The position numbers were made by a program, and so were the translations under genes. Below the pieces are notes generated by a model. It searched no databases. It saw only the letters and a program-made list of their open reading frames with translations, and was not told where the DNA came from. Shown here piece after piece: positions 40,440-53,075 of a stretch of DNA of 60,697 nt (positions are counted from its first letter, which is position 1; every line of letters begins with the position of its first letter). Source of the DNA: Chiloscyllium plagiosum (lineage: Eukaryota); NCBI RefSeq assembly GCF_004010195.1, contig NW_025215379.1, positions 215,804 to 276,500 of the forward strand. The letters run 5' to 3'.

Positions 40440-41175
40440 ATCATAGATGGACAGCCTGGAAACAGACTGTTTGGTCCAACTCATTCACTTCACGCATGTG
40501 GCCTTCTAGGCCATTGTATACGGCCTTTTGAATGAATCCAAATTTTGCAGAACAAATCTTTTATTTTTTATTAATGTTTTTTCCATCCTTTATTATTTTT
40601 ATTTTAATCTTAAAAATGAATGTATTTAAAATATCAGAGAGTAAAAGAAAATTCAACAAAATAATCCTCACAGACTGAAGAGCATATAATTGAAGTTTCT
40701 TGGATGCGGCCTTATTAGATTACAACTAACATAATGCGGCCTTCCAACATGAAAAGGTTCCCCACCTCTGACCTAGTCCCATTTGCCAGCACTCAGCCCA
40801 TATCCCTCAAAATCCTTCCGATTCTTATACCCATCCAATTGCCTTAAGTGTTGTAATTATACTAGCCTACACCACTTCCTCTGGCAGCTCATTTCAAACA
40901 TGCACAATCCTCTGCATGAATAGGTTGCCCATGAGGTCCCTTTTAAATCTTTCCCCGCCCTCAAGTTCGGAACTCCCCCAACTCAGGGAAAATACCTTGC
41001 CTATTTACTTTATCCCACGCCCCTTAAGATTTTATAAACTTCCATAAAGGTCACCGCTCACAGCCTCTGTCGCTCCAGGAAAACAGCCCAAATTTATTCA
41101 ACCTCTCTCTATAGCTCAAACCCTTCAACCCTTTTGAATCTTTTCTGAACCTTTTCAAGGTTTCTCAACTTTCCT
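40440..41175 (-). mobile_element. CR1 3' fragment interrupted by a hAT/Charlie-like MITE (~40490-40770)
   Basis: CR1 tail sequence on both sides; insert has repeated TGCGGCCTT and ends AGGTTCCCCACCTCTG, like a hAT TIR. Confidence 0.6.
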
Positions 41176-41602
41176 ATAGGCAAAAGAGACCTGAAATCAG
41201 CTAATTATTGCTGACCAGTGGAAATGTAGAAACTAATAGAAGTACTGTGGGATGTGTTTTTTGGGAATCCGCAAGGGAAAAATCAATGGACATTAACCTA
41301 ACCTTTCCTACACGCAGAAGATAAGTTATCTGTGAAAGATTGGTTAAATAAATTACCTCTCAGTTCAGTGATATCTTAAGGAGTTTGGATTGTTGCTAGA
41401 GAGTCAGTGTAACAATGACTTACAACATGCTGTGACAAGTGTTGCAACTAATATAATGCTCTGGCATAGGACTAATAATTCAATTACTTTGCTTTTGGTG
41501 GCACTTTTATTTTTTAAGTATTATTGTATTTCAGTGTTATAACAGTAGATTTCGTGCCCACATGGGCACCGAGTGGAGCATGATGTAATCTGAAACAACA
41601 CT

Positions 41603-41867
41603 GATTAGAACGATTAGAATCCCTAGTGTGGAATCAGGTCCTTCGGCCCAACAAGTCCACACCAATCCTCCAATGAGTACCCCACCCAAACCCATTCGCC
41701 TACATTTACCCCTGACTGATGCACCTAACCCACACATCCCTTAACACTATGGGCAATTTAGCATGGCCAATTCACCTAACCAACACATCTTTGCACTGTG
41801 GGAGGAAACCGGAGCACCCAGAGGAAACCCATGCAGACACAGGGAGAATGTGCAAACTCCACATAGC
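41603..41867 (-). mobile_element. HE1-type SINE, 5' truncated
   Basis: V domain and tail homologous to 3503-3825. Confidence 0.85.
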
Positions 41868-42039
41868 ATGTTTAATCAAGACTCACGGTAGAATTACTTT
41901 CTTCCTGTCTAGTTCTGGGTGACTATACCATTAAAACGTATGCAATTTTAATCCAGAATAAAGCAAAACATTGGTATCAAACAGAAAAGTTTCACTTATG
42001 ATACCAAAAATAATTACTTAACACGTTCTCTTTTCATTC

Positions 42040-43980
42040 ACCTCAAAATATGCTCATCTTGAAACCTCCCATCCCAGGGAAAATACATCTACCATTAACC
42101 CCATCTATAGCCCTCATGATTTTATCAACATCTATAAAAGGTCACCCCTCAACCTCCTACGCTCCAGTGAAAAACATCCCAGCCTATCAAGCCTTTGTTT
42201 ATATACCTGGTATCATCCCGATAAATCTCCTGTCTACCCTCTCCAGATTAATAACATCCTTCCTCTAATAGGGCAACCAGAACTGGACACTCCAGAAGTG
42301 GCCTCAATGTCCTATACAACCTCAACATGAATTCCCAAGGAATGAGCAATGAAGGCAAGCATACTAAATGCCTTGTGAATCACCCTGTCCATATGTGACA
42401 CAAAAAGTATGTATCTGAACCCCTAGGTCCCTCAATTCTGCAACACTATCCCAAGTCCTACCATTAATTGTTTATGATCCTTCTGTAATCTTAGAAAACC
42501 TTCCTCATTCTACTTTGCCTTTACTGTCATCCGCAGACTTACTAACCATGTCTCTCTGTTCTCATCCAAATTATTTATAACAATAAGAACATTACAACCA
42601 GGAGCAGGAGCAAGCCATCTGGCCCTTCAAGCCCACTCTGCCTTCAATAAAATCATGGTAAAAGTTTTCCAGGCCTCAGCTCCACTTACTCACCCTCTCC
42701 CAAGAGCTCTACTATTCAAAACATTATCTGAGCTTTAAAAACATTCAACGAGGTAGCCTCAAATACTTTACTGGGAAGGAAATTTCATAGATTTCGAAAC
42801 CTTTGGTTGAAGAAATTCCTCCTCAATACCGTCCTAAATCTGCTCCCTCTAATTTTGAGGTTATGCCCTCTTGTTCTAGTTTCACCCGCCAGTGGAAACA
42901 ACCTCCCAGCTTCTCTCTTATCTATTCCCTTCCTAACTTTATATGTTTCTATAGGATTTCCCCCTCATTCTTCTAAATTTCAATGAACATATAGAGGAAC
43001 CTCGATTATCCAAAGGACACGGGTGGGGAGTATTTTGTTCGGTTAATCAAATGTTGGATTATTGAATGCCGGATAACAGTTCAGCCGAGCATCGGGACTT
43101 TGTGATCTTGCCGGATAATCGAATGCTGGATAATGCTGTAATCCCAGTCTACTCAGTCTCTCCTCAAAAGTCAATCCTCTGAACTCTGGAATCAACCTAG
43201 TGAATCTCCTCTGCCTCCCCTCCAAATGACAAACAAGAGGACCCAGAACTGATTCTGTGGAACACCTCTGATGATGGGCCTCCAGTCTGAAAAGCAACCT
43301 TCTCCCACCACTCTGTCTCCTGCCATTAAGGCAATTTTTCACCCAGTTGGCAAGCTCATCTTGAATCCCATGTGTTCTAACTTTATTAAATTAGTCTAAA
43401 ACACAGAACCTTGTCAAAAGCTTTACTAAAGTCCATGTAAACAATGCCTACTGCTCTGCCCTCAGTCTTTTTGGTAACTTCCTCAAAAAAAATCAAGTTT
43501 GAGACACCTCGAACAAAACCACACTGACTTTCCCTCTCAATTTGTGCCTCTAAATATTTATAAATTCTACTTTTTTAAGCTATCATCTCTAACAACTTAC
43601 CCACAACCGAAGTCAGACTCTCAGATCTATAATTCCCCGGTTTCTACTTACAACCATTTCTTAAACAAAGGCATAACATTAGCCACCCTCCAGTTGTCAG
43701 GCACCTCACCTGCAGTTATAGATAAATGCAAATGAGAGATTTAATAAAGACATAAGGGGCAATTTTTTTTTTACACCAAGGGGGATTCATCTGTGGAATG
43801 AATTCCCTGTGGAAGTGGTGGATATGGGCACAGTTACAGTGCTTAAAAGATACTTCCGTAAGCACATGAAAGGTTTGGAGGGATATAGGCAGGAGCAAGC
43901 AGCTGGGGCTAACTTAGTTTGGGATTATATTCAACATGGACTGGTGGACCGAAGAGTCTGTTTCCATGCTGTATGACTAT
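42040..43980. mobile_element. Cluster of nested CR1 fragments (mostly minus; 43735-43980 plus)
   Basis: RRFTRLIP, SVLGPL and DFSKAFDK-like motifs on the minus strand; CR1 tail at 43960-43980. Confidence 0.7.
42990..43140. mobile_element. TcMar/Tigger-like MITE remnant
   Basis: TA-flanked; left end AGAGGAACCTCGATTATCC, internal CGGATAA repeats, ends CTGTA; splits a CR1. Confidence 0.55.
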
Positions 43981-44191
43981 GTAATAGAACAGCTTTTCAT
44001 GCTATAGGGCTTTTTGACATGAAATTAACAGATACTCTATCATTTATGAATGATTCCACCAAGTGAATGGTCACAATGAAGGATTACCATTAAAAGTGAA
44101 CATCCCTGATCTAAGACATTATCATGTCAGAATTCACTCAGTACTTTAGAAACAGAACTGGGAGCCAACCTATGACTAGCAAGTTCAATAC

Positions 44192-44425
44192 CTTGATGAT
44201 ACGTAGCGGCTTGCTGGGATTTGCTTTATCCAGATAGTTAATGTAGCCAGAAAGTGAAACGCTCAGCAGATGATTATTCTGCCACAAGCAGCCCAATTGT
44301 TGATCCATTACATCACTTCCCATAGTAAATGTTGTCACTGCACTGTTGGCTTCAACATCCCATAGTTTAACAGTCTTATCTCCAGAAGCAGAAATTAGGT
44401 GCGTACTATCAGCATTCCAACTAAC
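44192..44425 (-). CDS. WDR1: WDR1 coding exon (exon 8 eq.)
   Basis: 234 nt, [31 protein letters not shown]...[38 protein letters not shown]. Confidence 0.96.
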
Positions 44426-44872
44426 CTGTCAAAGGTAAGTGACAAAAGTTAAAATATGGTAGTTCAAACAATTAAAAAGTTTAAGTCACTGCCATCTTTT
44501 AAGAGTTGCTAAAATTACAAACAAGTCAACATGCACAAGAGTTTCAAACTGCATACTGAATTGAACTTTGTCACAGTATCACTGGCTTCAACATGCTAAT
44601 TTTTCAAAACAAAACAAAGTTGGAAAAAATGCAAGAAATTTTTAAAAATTTTAAATGCATTAGCCACGGAATTAGGGAAATATAATACAAATCTGAAGCT
44701 TTCGCTTCACATTTGATGTCTGTTTAAATGTTAAGATATAGTTAAAAGCTATACAAAACAACAAACATTAGTTTAACAAATGAAGGAGAATAGCTGCAAA
44801 CTCAATTATGATCAATTAATCAAACACGACAAGCAAACTTATCATAACTGATGGACCCTAAAACAAACTTAC

Positions 44873-44953
44873 GGCATATACACCTCCATTATGGGCACTG
44901 GAGCCTCCAAGAGCACATATCTGATTTCCATCCTTCCCATTATAGATAAAAAT
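44873..44953 (-). CDS. WDR1: WDR1 coding exon (exon 7 eq.)
   Basis: 81 nt, [31 protein letters not shown]. Confidence 0.95.
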
Positions 44954-45152
44954 CTATTATGAAAAAGTATACACATTACTTCAAATGGGACACCAAAATA
45001 ATTAAGAAAAAGTTAAAATTAAGTATTCAACTTTGCAAGAAACTACAGAATATATTTGTATGCTGAAATATCTTTAAAAATGTGCAAACTAAATACCACT
45101 AATTACAATAACGTAGGAAACAATGTTTTTTTTAAAATGCCTTCCAAATCCT

Positions 45153-46540
45153 AGTGAGTTTTGAGAAGATTTGTAGCTCAGGTTGAGGAATCACAGCCCT
45201 ACTCAAAAAGCTTCAGAAATCTGGAGAAATAAGAGAAACCAGACAGATCCAACACACCACTCTTCCATAGTTTACTCAAAATTCACAAACCAGGAGCCCC
45301 CCCCTCCCCCCAGTCTCACTAGCTGGAACATCCACTTACAGATTGGCCAAGGAACTACACCAAAGACACTTAGAAGACAACTCACGCCACTCCATCCAAG
45401 AATTCCAGAAGATCAAAGACACTAAGAAGAGGATGAAATAATGGTCTCTTTTGATGTAACAGCCCTGTTTACATCAATCAAGCTAGTGGACCTATGCCTT
45501 ACCACACACACTTCTTCAACAACAAAACCTACAGACAAACAAATAGAACACCCATGGGATCTCTGAAATCAAGGTTCTTAGCAGAGGCAGTAATGAACAG
45601 ACTTGAACAACCAGCTCTGCCAACCATCCAACCCAAACTTTAGGGTCCGCTACGTGGATGACATCTTTGTCATCATTAAATGAAACAAATTAGAGGTAAC
45701 CTTCAAGACTATCAATAATACTCTTACCAATTGGAGAACTACAGAAGCAATCACCCCAACATCCACAAACAAAGCAGCATCAGAACATTATTTCAATGAG
45801 CCACCACACACTGCTGTACAGAGGAACTACGCAGAGCAGAGGAAACTCACCTATATAGTGTATTCAAAAAGAACGGGTATCCAATGAACACAATCCGTCG
45901 ATTTCTCAGCAACAAACCCGAACAAGCAGGCAAAACACGTCCAGAAACCCCAGCCACTCCTCCCCTACATCAAAAATATCTCGGAAATGACTGCCAGACT
46001 ACTCAGACCCCTTGGCATCATGGTAGCTAGCCCAAAGGCCCACCAACACAGTAAAACAGCAGCTAACGAACCTGAAAGACCCTATACAGGCAACAAGCAA
46101 AACTAATGTCATTTACAAAATACCGTGCAAGGACTGTAACAAACATTACATTGGACAAACAGGCAGAAAACTAGCCACCAGGATTCATGAACACCAACTA
46201 GCCACAAAAAGACATGATCCTCTCTCACTAGTATCCTCATATATGGATGAGGATGGACATGACTTTGACTGGGACAACACATCCATCCTAGGACAAGCCA
46301 AACAAAGACACGCACAAGAATTCCTAGAAGCGTGGCATTCTAACTGGAACTCCATCAAACAACACATCGAGTTAGACCCCATCTACCACACCCTGAGAAA
46401 AGGAACAGGAAATGACATCACCAACCCAAAGAAACCCATACATATAAATAGAAATCAGGAATTTTCAGCAGTGCTTCGCCTGAGGCCCATTGAAGATGTT
46501 ACCTCGTAGGGTGACAAAATATCTGGAAATGAACTTCCAA
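45153..46540 (+). mobile_element. Penelope-like retroelement (RT + GIY-YIG), decayed, family B
   Basis: MVSFDVTALFTSI, PMGS, RYVDD, VIYKIPCKDCNKHYIGQTGRKLATRIHEH, FLEAWHS; 12-bp TSD CTTCCAAATCCT at 45141-45152 and 46534-46545; degenerate hammerhead at ~46487-46527. Confidence 0.9.
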
Positions 46541-47778
46541 ATCCTTCTAAAGGATAATTCAATTATCCTTCCTTTAAAACAATCTTTTTGCAAAGATGAA
46601 GCCAGTTAGTCCATACCTGGATTTTCCTTTTTTAAAATAGCTTTAAAAGTTCCATCTTAAAAGCTAAATGAAAACAAGAACTCTTGAAATCACAACTCTC
46701 ACTACTACTTATTTGGGCCCAAAATTTGACATTTACCCATTGTATCCTTAAATAAGGCCTAGGAAATACATTTTCCATATCCACAGGATGTGAGCAGCAC
46801 TTTGCAAGTGCAGACTGTTTAAAATTGTTAGAAAATTAAAATGCATTCAAATTGGAGCCTAAATGTTTTATGTCGTCCCTGCAGTTGATTCAGTATTTTG
46901 CTGCCTTACCATCTTAAACAATGATAAATGTCAAAGATGTAATTTTGTTGCCCACCAAGATCAACTGTTGCGGTTCAAAATACTGCCAAATGTTGCAAGG
47001 TTTGAGATTGAAGTGTGCAGCATTTTCAAAAGGTACATTATGGAAGCATTTTCAATTACAATCTTAACCATAAATTAATGATAGCAAAGCAAGATATGTC
47101 TACTTCATGAAGAGCAAGCTACAGAGGTATAATATTGGCAAAGAAAGGGATTATGTTAATTACAATGAAGAACTGAACAATGACTGATTTATAACATCCA
47201 CATTGTACTCATATCTGCGTGGTGATGCTTGTAGATACTTTACTCAGAACCGGTGATTTAACTATGCCTCTTGTTAAGTTTTGTTAAGTGGCAGAACCTG
47301 CCTACTTGAATGCATGTTACTGTCCTAATTAGGTCATACCACACAGAGGAATGACAAGTCATTTCTCTAAAGACACAAACTTGGATAAATAATTAACAAT
47401 CATTGCAACTATTTCCCAGATTTCATTCAACCAAAGAGCAATATCCAATTACTGAACTGTAATAAGATCAACTTGTCATCTTTTGGAAAATGCCACTGAA
47501 GCAAATTGTGGTTGTGAACAGATAAAACACTGTGCCTTGTACAAGTACTAGCTAGGTCTGTATGTTTTCATTGTTTTTTTTAAATATAAGTTAATAGAGA
47601 ATAAAAACTCTTCTTCCAGCGTACACATTCTCAAAAGCAAAAGCAGAAGTGACCTCAACAAATGTTGAGACGGAGCTCATAGTGCTGAAGTTTCCACCCT
47701 GAAGCAATGTAAGCAGTTAACACATACAAACTCAGAAATGAAACACTGTATTTCAGAATAATTTATGCCTAATCTTAC

Positions 47779-47856
47779 CTGCCCATCTGCACCAGCTGAT
47801 GCAAACTTGCTTCCATCAGGCGAATACCGTAAGCAGTTAACAAACTTTGTATGGTT
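47779..47856 (-). CDS. WDR1: WDR1 coding exon (exon 6 eq.)
   Basis: 78 nt, [30 protein letters not shown]. Confidence 0.95.
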
Positions 47857-48554
47857 CTAAGGGAGAATCAGAGAAACACGTTTAGCAAATATATATGTAC
47901 AAATAAAAGATATTTCTTTTCTAGGTGAGATTTTAGGAGTGATACAAGCATAAAAGGTGCGAAACTTTAAAATGGACCATAACAAGGCACTTTGTAAATA
48001 ATTCAAGATTTTGCCACTCAATTAAATTTGCAATATATTCCTTACGTGAATGTGAGGGGTAATCCAAATTGGAAGGTATCAAATTTATTAGCAGGAACTT
48101 GAAAAGATGCTAAAGAGATGAGAAGACAGGAGAAACAAAGCCAAGCATCAAAGATGCTTCAAAGGCAGAATGATGTCAAAGTTAAAGCACTCTGCCTGAA
48201 TGCACATAATATTTGTAACAACATAGGTGATCTAACTGCCATTACAGAAACATGACTACACGGTGACCCCTTGTATTGAAACAGTGTCTTCCAGCTCTGG
48301 ATTTCATAGAGTGAGAAAAAAAAATCCACTTATAGCATCCACCTCTCAAACCAGTTCAGAATCTTACAGGTTTCAGTAAAATCAGCTCATTCTTTAACCA
48401 CCAAGGCCCAATCTGCACAACATTACCCCATGAGATGATCCCATCATCTCAGGTAGCAGAAAAGTGAGCCTTCTCTAACTAATGTCCAATACTCCTCAAA
48501 TAAGAAGCTGCCCATGTTCAAATGCAATATCCAAACTTTGGCTGATAAGTGGCA

Positions 48555-49265
48555 CATGGATCTACAAAGAAATGACAGGCAATGATTACCTCTAATAAGA
48601 GACAATCTTACACTGTCCCTTGACATTCAATGGTGTTACCATCATTGAATCTTCCACTAGCAACATCCCACAGGTTACCACTGACCAGAAGCACAACTAG
48701 ATTCGTCACAAAGTGGCTACATGAGTCAGTTAGAGACTAGGAATACTGTAGCGAGTAAACTCACTTCCTGATTCCCTAAAGCCTGTCTACCAGCTACAAA
48801 TCAAAAAAGTGTTATGGAATATTCCCCACTTGCTTGGACGGGTGCAGCTTGAACAACAAGCAGCTTGTCACCATTTAGGACAAACAGCATACTTGGTCTG
48901 TACCACATCCACAAGCATCCACTCCCTCTACCACCAAAGCTCAGTCCATGCTTCCTGCTACTATCTACATGACACACTGCAGAAATTCACCAAAGTTCCT
49001 CAGACAGCACTTTCCAAGGCCAAGAACACTGCGATCCAAAGGACAACTGCAGCATATACATAGGAACATGTGCAATTTCCCCAATATTACTGTTCCTTCT
49101 TTGTCACTGGGTCAAAATTCTGGAATTTCCTCAAGGGCATTGACAGTAAACCTACAACATGTGGGCTGCAGCAGTTCAAAAAGGCAGCTCACCATGACCT
49201 TAAGAGCAACCAGGGATGAATAGTAAAGGCTGGTCAGCAGGGAACTCTTACGTCCCACAGTGAAT
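48555..49265 (+). mobile_element. Old CR1/L2-type LINE 3' portion (related pieces at ~58320-58940 and 59310-59640)
   Basis: Decayed RT C-terminal coding sequence; 3' end AGGGATG..TAAA.GCTGG shared with the tail of the Deu-like SINE. Confidence 0.55.
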
Positions 49266-51133
49266 TATAAAAGATCAAACAGTATACAGAACATTAGGTA
49301 GCAAGACGTTCCTACTTTATACTTCAACCACTTCCCTTGCAAGAAAGGGCAACATGCCATTTGCCTTCCAATTCCTTACTGCCTCCACACATCTTAACTT
49401 TGAGACTGGTGTACAAGAACAGTGTACATAAATCCCATTGTACCAAATAACTTGGTCTCCCAACGTTTTTTAAAAAAAGCCTCTGCTTTTCTATTTGTCC
49501 CAAAGCAGGACCTAATTTTTCCACATTAAAATCTACTGAATCTAACTCTGTACACGGTCCCCTCTTCACAACTTGCTTTCTGACCTTTATACTAAATTTG
49601 GCTGTAATATTAGAAGTCACTTTATAAAGCAACTATAATAAACTGCAAATAGTTGAGGCTCGAGCACTGATCCATGTGGCATTCCACTAGTTACAATTTA
49701 GCAAACTTAAATGGACTATCTTATCCTGACTGATTTTGGATAGTCAGCCAATGCTCTGTCCACACTAATGTATTAATCCCACCACCATAAACTTTTGTCT
49801 GGTATAATGTCCTATTAGAAAACAGATTATCATTTCCAATTTGGAAATCCAAATACACTTGCACCTGCAAGTTACCATTAATTCACTCTGCCTATTAACT
49901 CCTCCAAAGTTGTGTCAAATTTTCATAAAGTTAGGTTGGCTCTGCTTGATTATATCTGGTCTTCCAGATGCCTTGCTGCTATTTCTTCAATAGTGAATTT
50001 TGGCCTAAAGTTTCCTGCTTTTTGCCTTATTCCTTTCTTGAATAGATAATTATAATTTGGAGTTTTCCAATAGAAATTGATAGGTGTACTCTAGATGGTA
50101 GATTCACCACAGTTATTGTAGGACCTTTCTTACAAACTATTATTTCTTCATGTAGATACTGTCCTATGTGAACCTGTTGATTGGAAGCCTATATATTACC
50201 TACAGTGACTTCTTACCCCCACCCAAATTGATCAGCAACTTCATCATCTAATTAAGTGATTTTGCACTGTTGTATTGAACTTATGCTTTAACAATGCTAC
50301 TCCCTTTTCTTTATGCCTATCCCTTTAAAATTTCAATAGACAATAGGTGCTGGAGGCAGCCATTCTTCCCTTCGAGCCTGCACCACCATTCATTACGATC
50401 ATGGCTGATCATCCTCAATCAAATACTCTTGAATATGCAGATCCCAATGTTAGTCACCTTTGTAACCATTTTTTATAGCAACAATTCTATTGTACCCAAT
50501 GATTCCCATTTGTGCTGTTCAATCATCCATCTCAGTACAAGTGCTCTACAGGGCCCTCTTGTGGTGCAGAGGAAATGCCCCTACCCTTGAACCGAGAAAT
50601 CCAGGTTCAACTCCCACCTGCTCGAGGGGCGTGTAATAAGATTGCTGAACAGGCTAATTGCAAAAATAGATGAACTTTTTTTTAAAAATGCATGCATTTT
50701 GAGAAAGTCTTTTAATCGACTTGCCACCATTTCTCCTACCTTGATCCAATTTAGTAGTGGCCGTCATGCTTCATCTCCTTGTTTTCATTGCGCAGTTGTT
50801 ACTCTTATAACTTTCAAACCCTCCCCTCCATTGAAGACGTCACCTCTCACTAAGTTATTAGTTCAAAGACCTCTTTAAAACCCTAGTTAAACAATTCACC
50901 AAGACACTGTCCCAGACAGTTCAAGTCAAATACCACCCAACATCACAGCTCCATAATTCCCAAATACCAACGCCTGTCCCCCAAGAGTAGAAGCCCTGTT
51001 TTTTGCACATTGACCTTTGAACTCGGCTCTCTGATCTTATTTTTTCTGATTCCAATGTACTTGATGCACTGAATATATATGACCACTGGATATAACAAGC
51101 AAAGCACTTTCTAGACAACTCATCACACAAGGT

Positions 51134-52715
51134 CATTGAGATGTACAGCATGGAAACAGATGCTTTGGTCCAACTGGTCCATGCTGATCAGATATAATTT
51201 AAAATTAATCCAGTCCCATTTGCCAGCACCCAGCCCATATTCCTCTCAATCATCCAGACGCCTTTTAAATGTTGTAATTCTACCACCCTCCACCACCACC
51301 ACCTCTGACAGTTCCAACCATACACATACCACCCTTTGCATGAAAAAAATTGCCCCTTAGGTCTCTAATATTTCCTCTCACCCAAAACCTATTCTCTCTA
51401 GTTCTGGACTCTCCCACCACAGAGAAAAGACTTATTTACCCTATTCACATCCCTCATGATTTTGTAAACCTCTGTAAGGTCACCCTTCAGCCTCCGATGC
51501 TCCAGGGGAACAGCCCCAACCTGTTCAGCCTCTCTATAGCTCAAACCCTCCAACCCTGGCAACAACGTTGTAAATCTTTTCTGAACCCTTGCAAGTTTCA
51601 CAACATCATTCCAATAGGAGGGAGACCAGGATTGCACAATTTTCCAAAAGCGGTCTAACCAATCTCCTGTACCGCCGCAACATGACCTCCCAACTCCTAT
51701 ACTCAATACTCTGACCAATAAAGGGAAAGCATACCAAACGCCTTCTTCACTATCCTATCTACCTGCAAATCTACTTTGAAGGAGCTATGAATCTACACTC
51801 AAAGGTCTCTTTATTCAGCAACACTCCCTAGGATCTTACCATTAAATGTATAAGTCCTGCCCCGATTTGCGTTTCCAAAAGGCAACACCTCACATTTATC
51901 TAAATTAAACTCCATCTGCCGTTCCTCAGCTCATTTGCCCATCCGATCAAGATCCCATTGTACGCTGAGGTAACCTTCTTCGTTACCCACTATACTGCCA
52001 ACCAACCCCACCACCTTGTGCCCAACATTTCAACTCCCCCTCCTACTCCGCTGAGGACATGCAGGTTCTGAGCCTCCTCCATTGCCACTCCTTTACCACC
52101 CAACACCTGGAGGATGAACACCTCATCTTCCGCCTTGGGACCCTCCAATCCCACTGCATCAATGTGGATTTCACCAGTTTCCTCATTTTCCCTCCCCTCA
52201 ACCTTATCCTACTTCCAAACTTCCTGTCTCAGCCCTACCCACCCATCTTCTCTCCACTCTAATCTCCCCTTTCACCTTTGCTCCCACTTCCATCCGCTTA
52301 TTGCGCACTCAGCTACCTTCCCCACTATTCCTGATGAAGGACTTTTGCCCGAAACATCGATTTTCCTGCTCCTCGGATGCTGCCTGAACTGCTGTGCTTT
52401 TCCAGCACCACTCTAATCTAGAATCTGGTTTCCAGCATCTGCAGTCCTTGCTTTTACCTTCCCCTCAGCCCCACCCCCTCCCCATTTCTCTCTCCACGGA
52501 GGCTTCCAGCCTCGTTCCTGATGAAGGCCTTTTGCCTAAAACGTCAATTTTCCTGCTCCTCAGATGCTGCCTGACCTGCTACGCTTTTCCAGCACCACAC
52601 TCTTGACTCCAATTTTGGTGTAAATTTTTCAAACTTACTAACAATATTTATGTTCACATCCAAACCATTTATGTAAAATGATGAAAAGCAGTGGACCCAG
52701 CACCAATCCTTGGTG
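51134..52715 (-). mobile_element. CR1/HER1 3' fragment interrupted by a Penelope insertion
   Basis: ARVQKRFTTLLPGLEGLSY; sequence breaks at ~52000 and resumes at ~52609 (CCAATTTTGGTG). Confidence 0.85.
52001..52610 (+). mobile_element. Penelope (Neptune-type) 3' fragment with two tandem family A pLTRs
   Basis: HFNSP....MQVL.L...E.HLIFRLGTLQ...INVDF endonuclease C-terminus; hammerhead cores at 52331 and 52518. Confidence 0.85.
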
Positions 52716-52894
52716 CAAGAAAATTAACATGAATATAAATTATTCCAGTAAATAACTAGAAATGGTTAAAATTTAGCAAGTGTATATAATAGTAGAGTCA
52801 TTATTTGCAATATATCTCTCGACTGCATAGCACAAAACTGGTCTGTTTATTACAGCATTCCTCAACAGCACTGAAAGCTTAATAGGTTGCTTAC

Positions 52895-53075
52895 GTTTAT
52901 TGTAAACTTGAACTTTACAGGAAGTGCTTCAAAGAACACGCAGGTGTAATCATCACTACCAGTCACAACACGAAACGGTCGATTTGGCTTAAAAGCTATG
53001 CTGTTTATAACTTTACTGTGGCCAGTAATTGATCCTACAGAGGTTCCTGTGTCCCACTGGAAGACCGCTCCAAAT
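52895..53075 (-). CDS. WDR1: WDR1 coding exon (exon 5 eq.)
   Basis: 181 nt, AG/GT boundaries; [60 protein letters not shown]. Confidence 0.95.
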
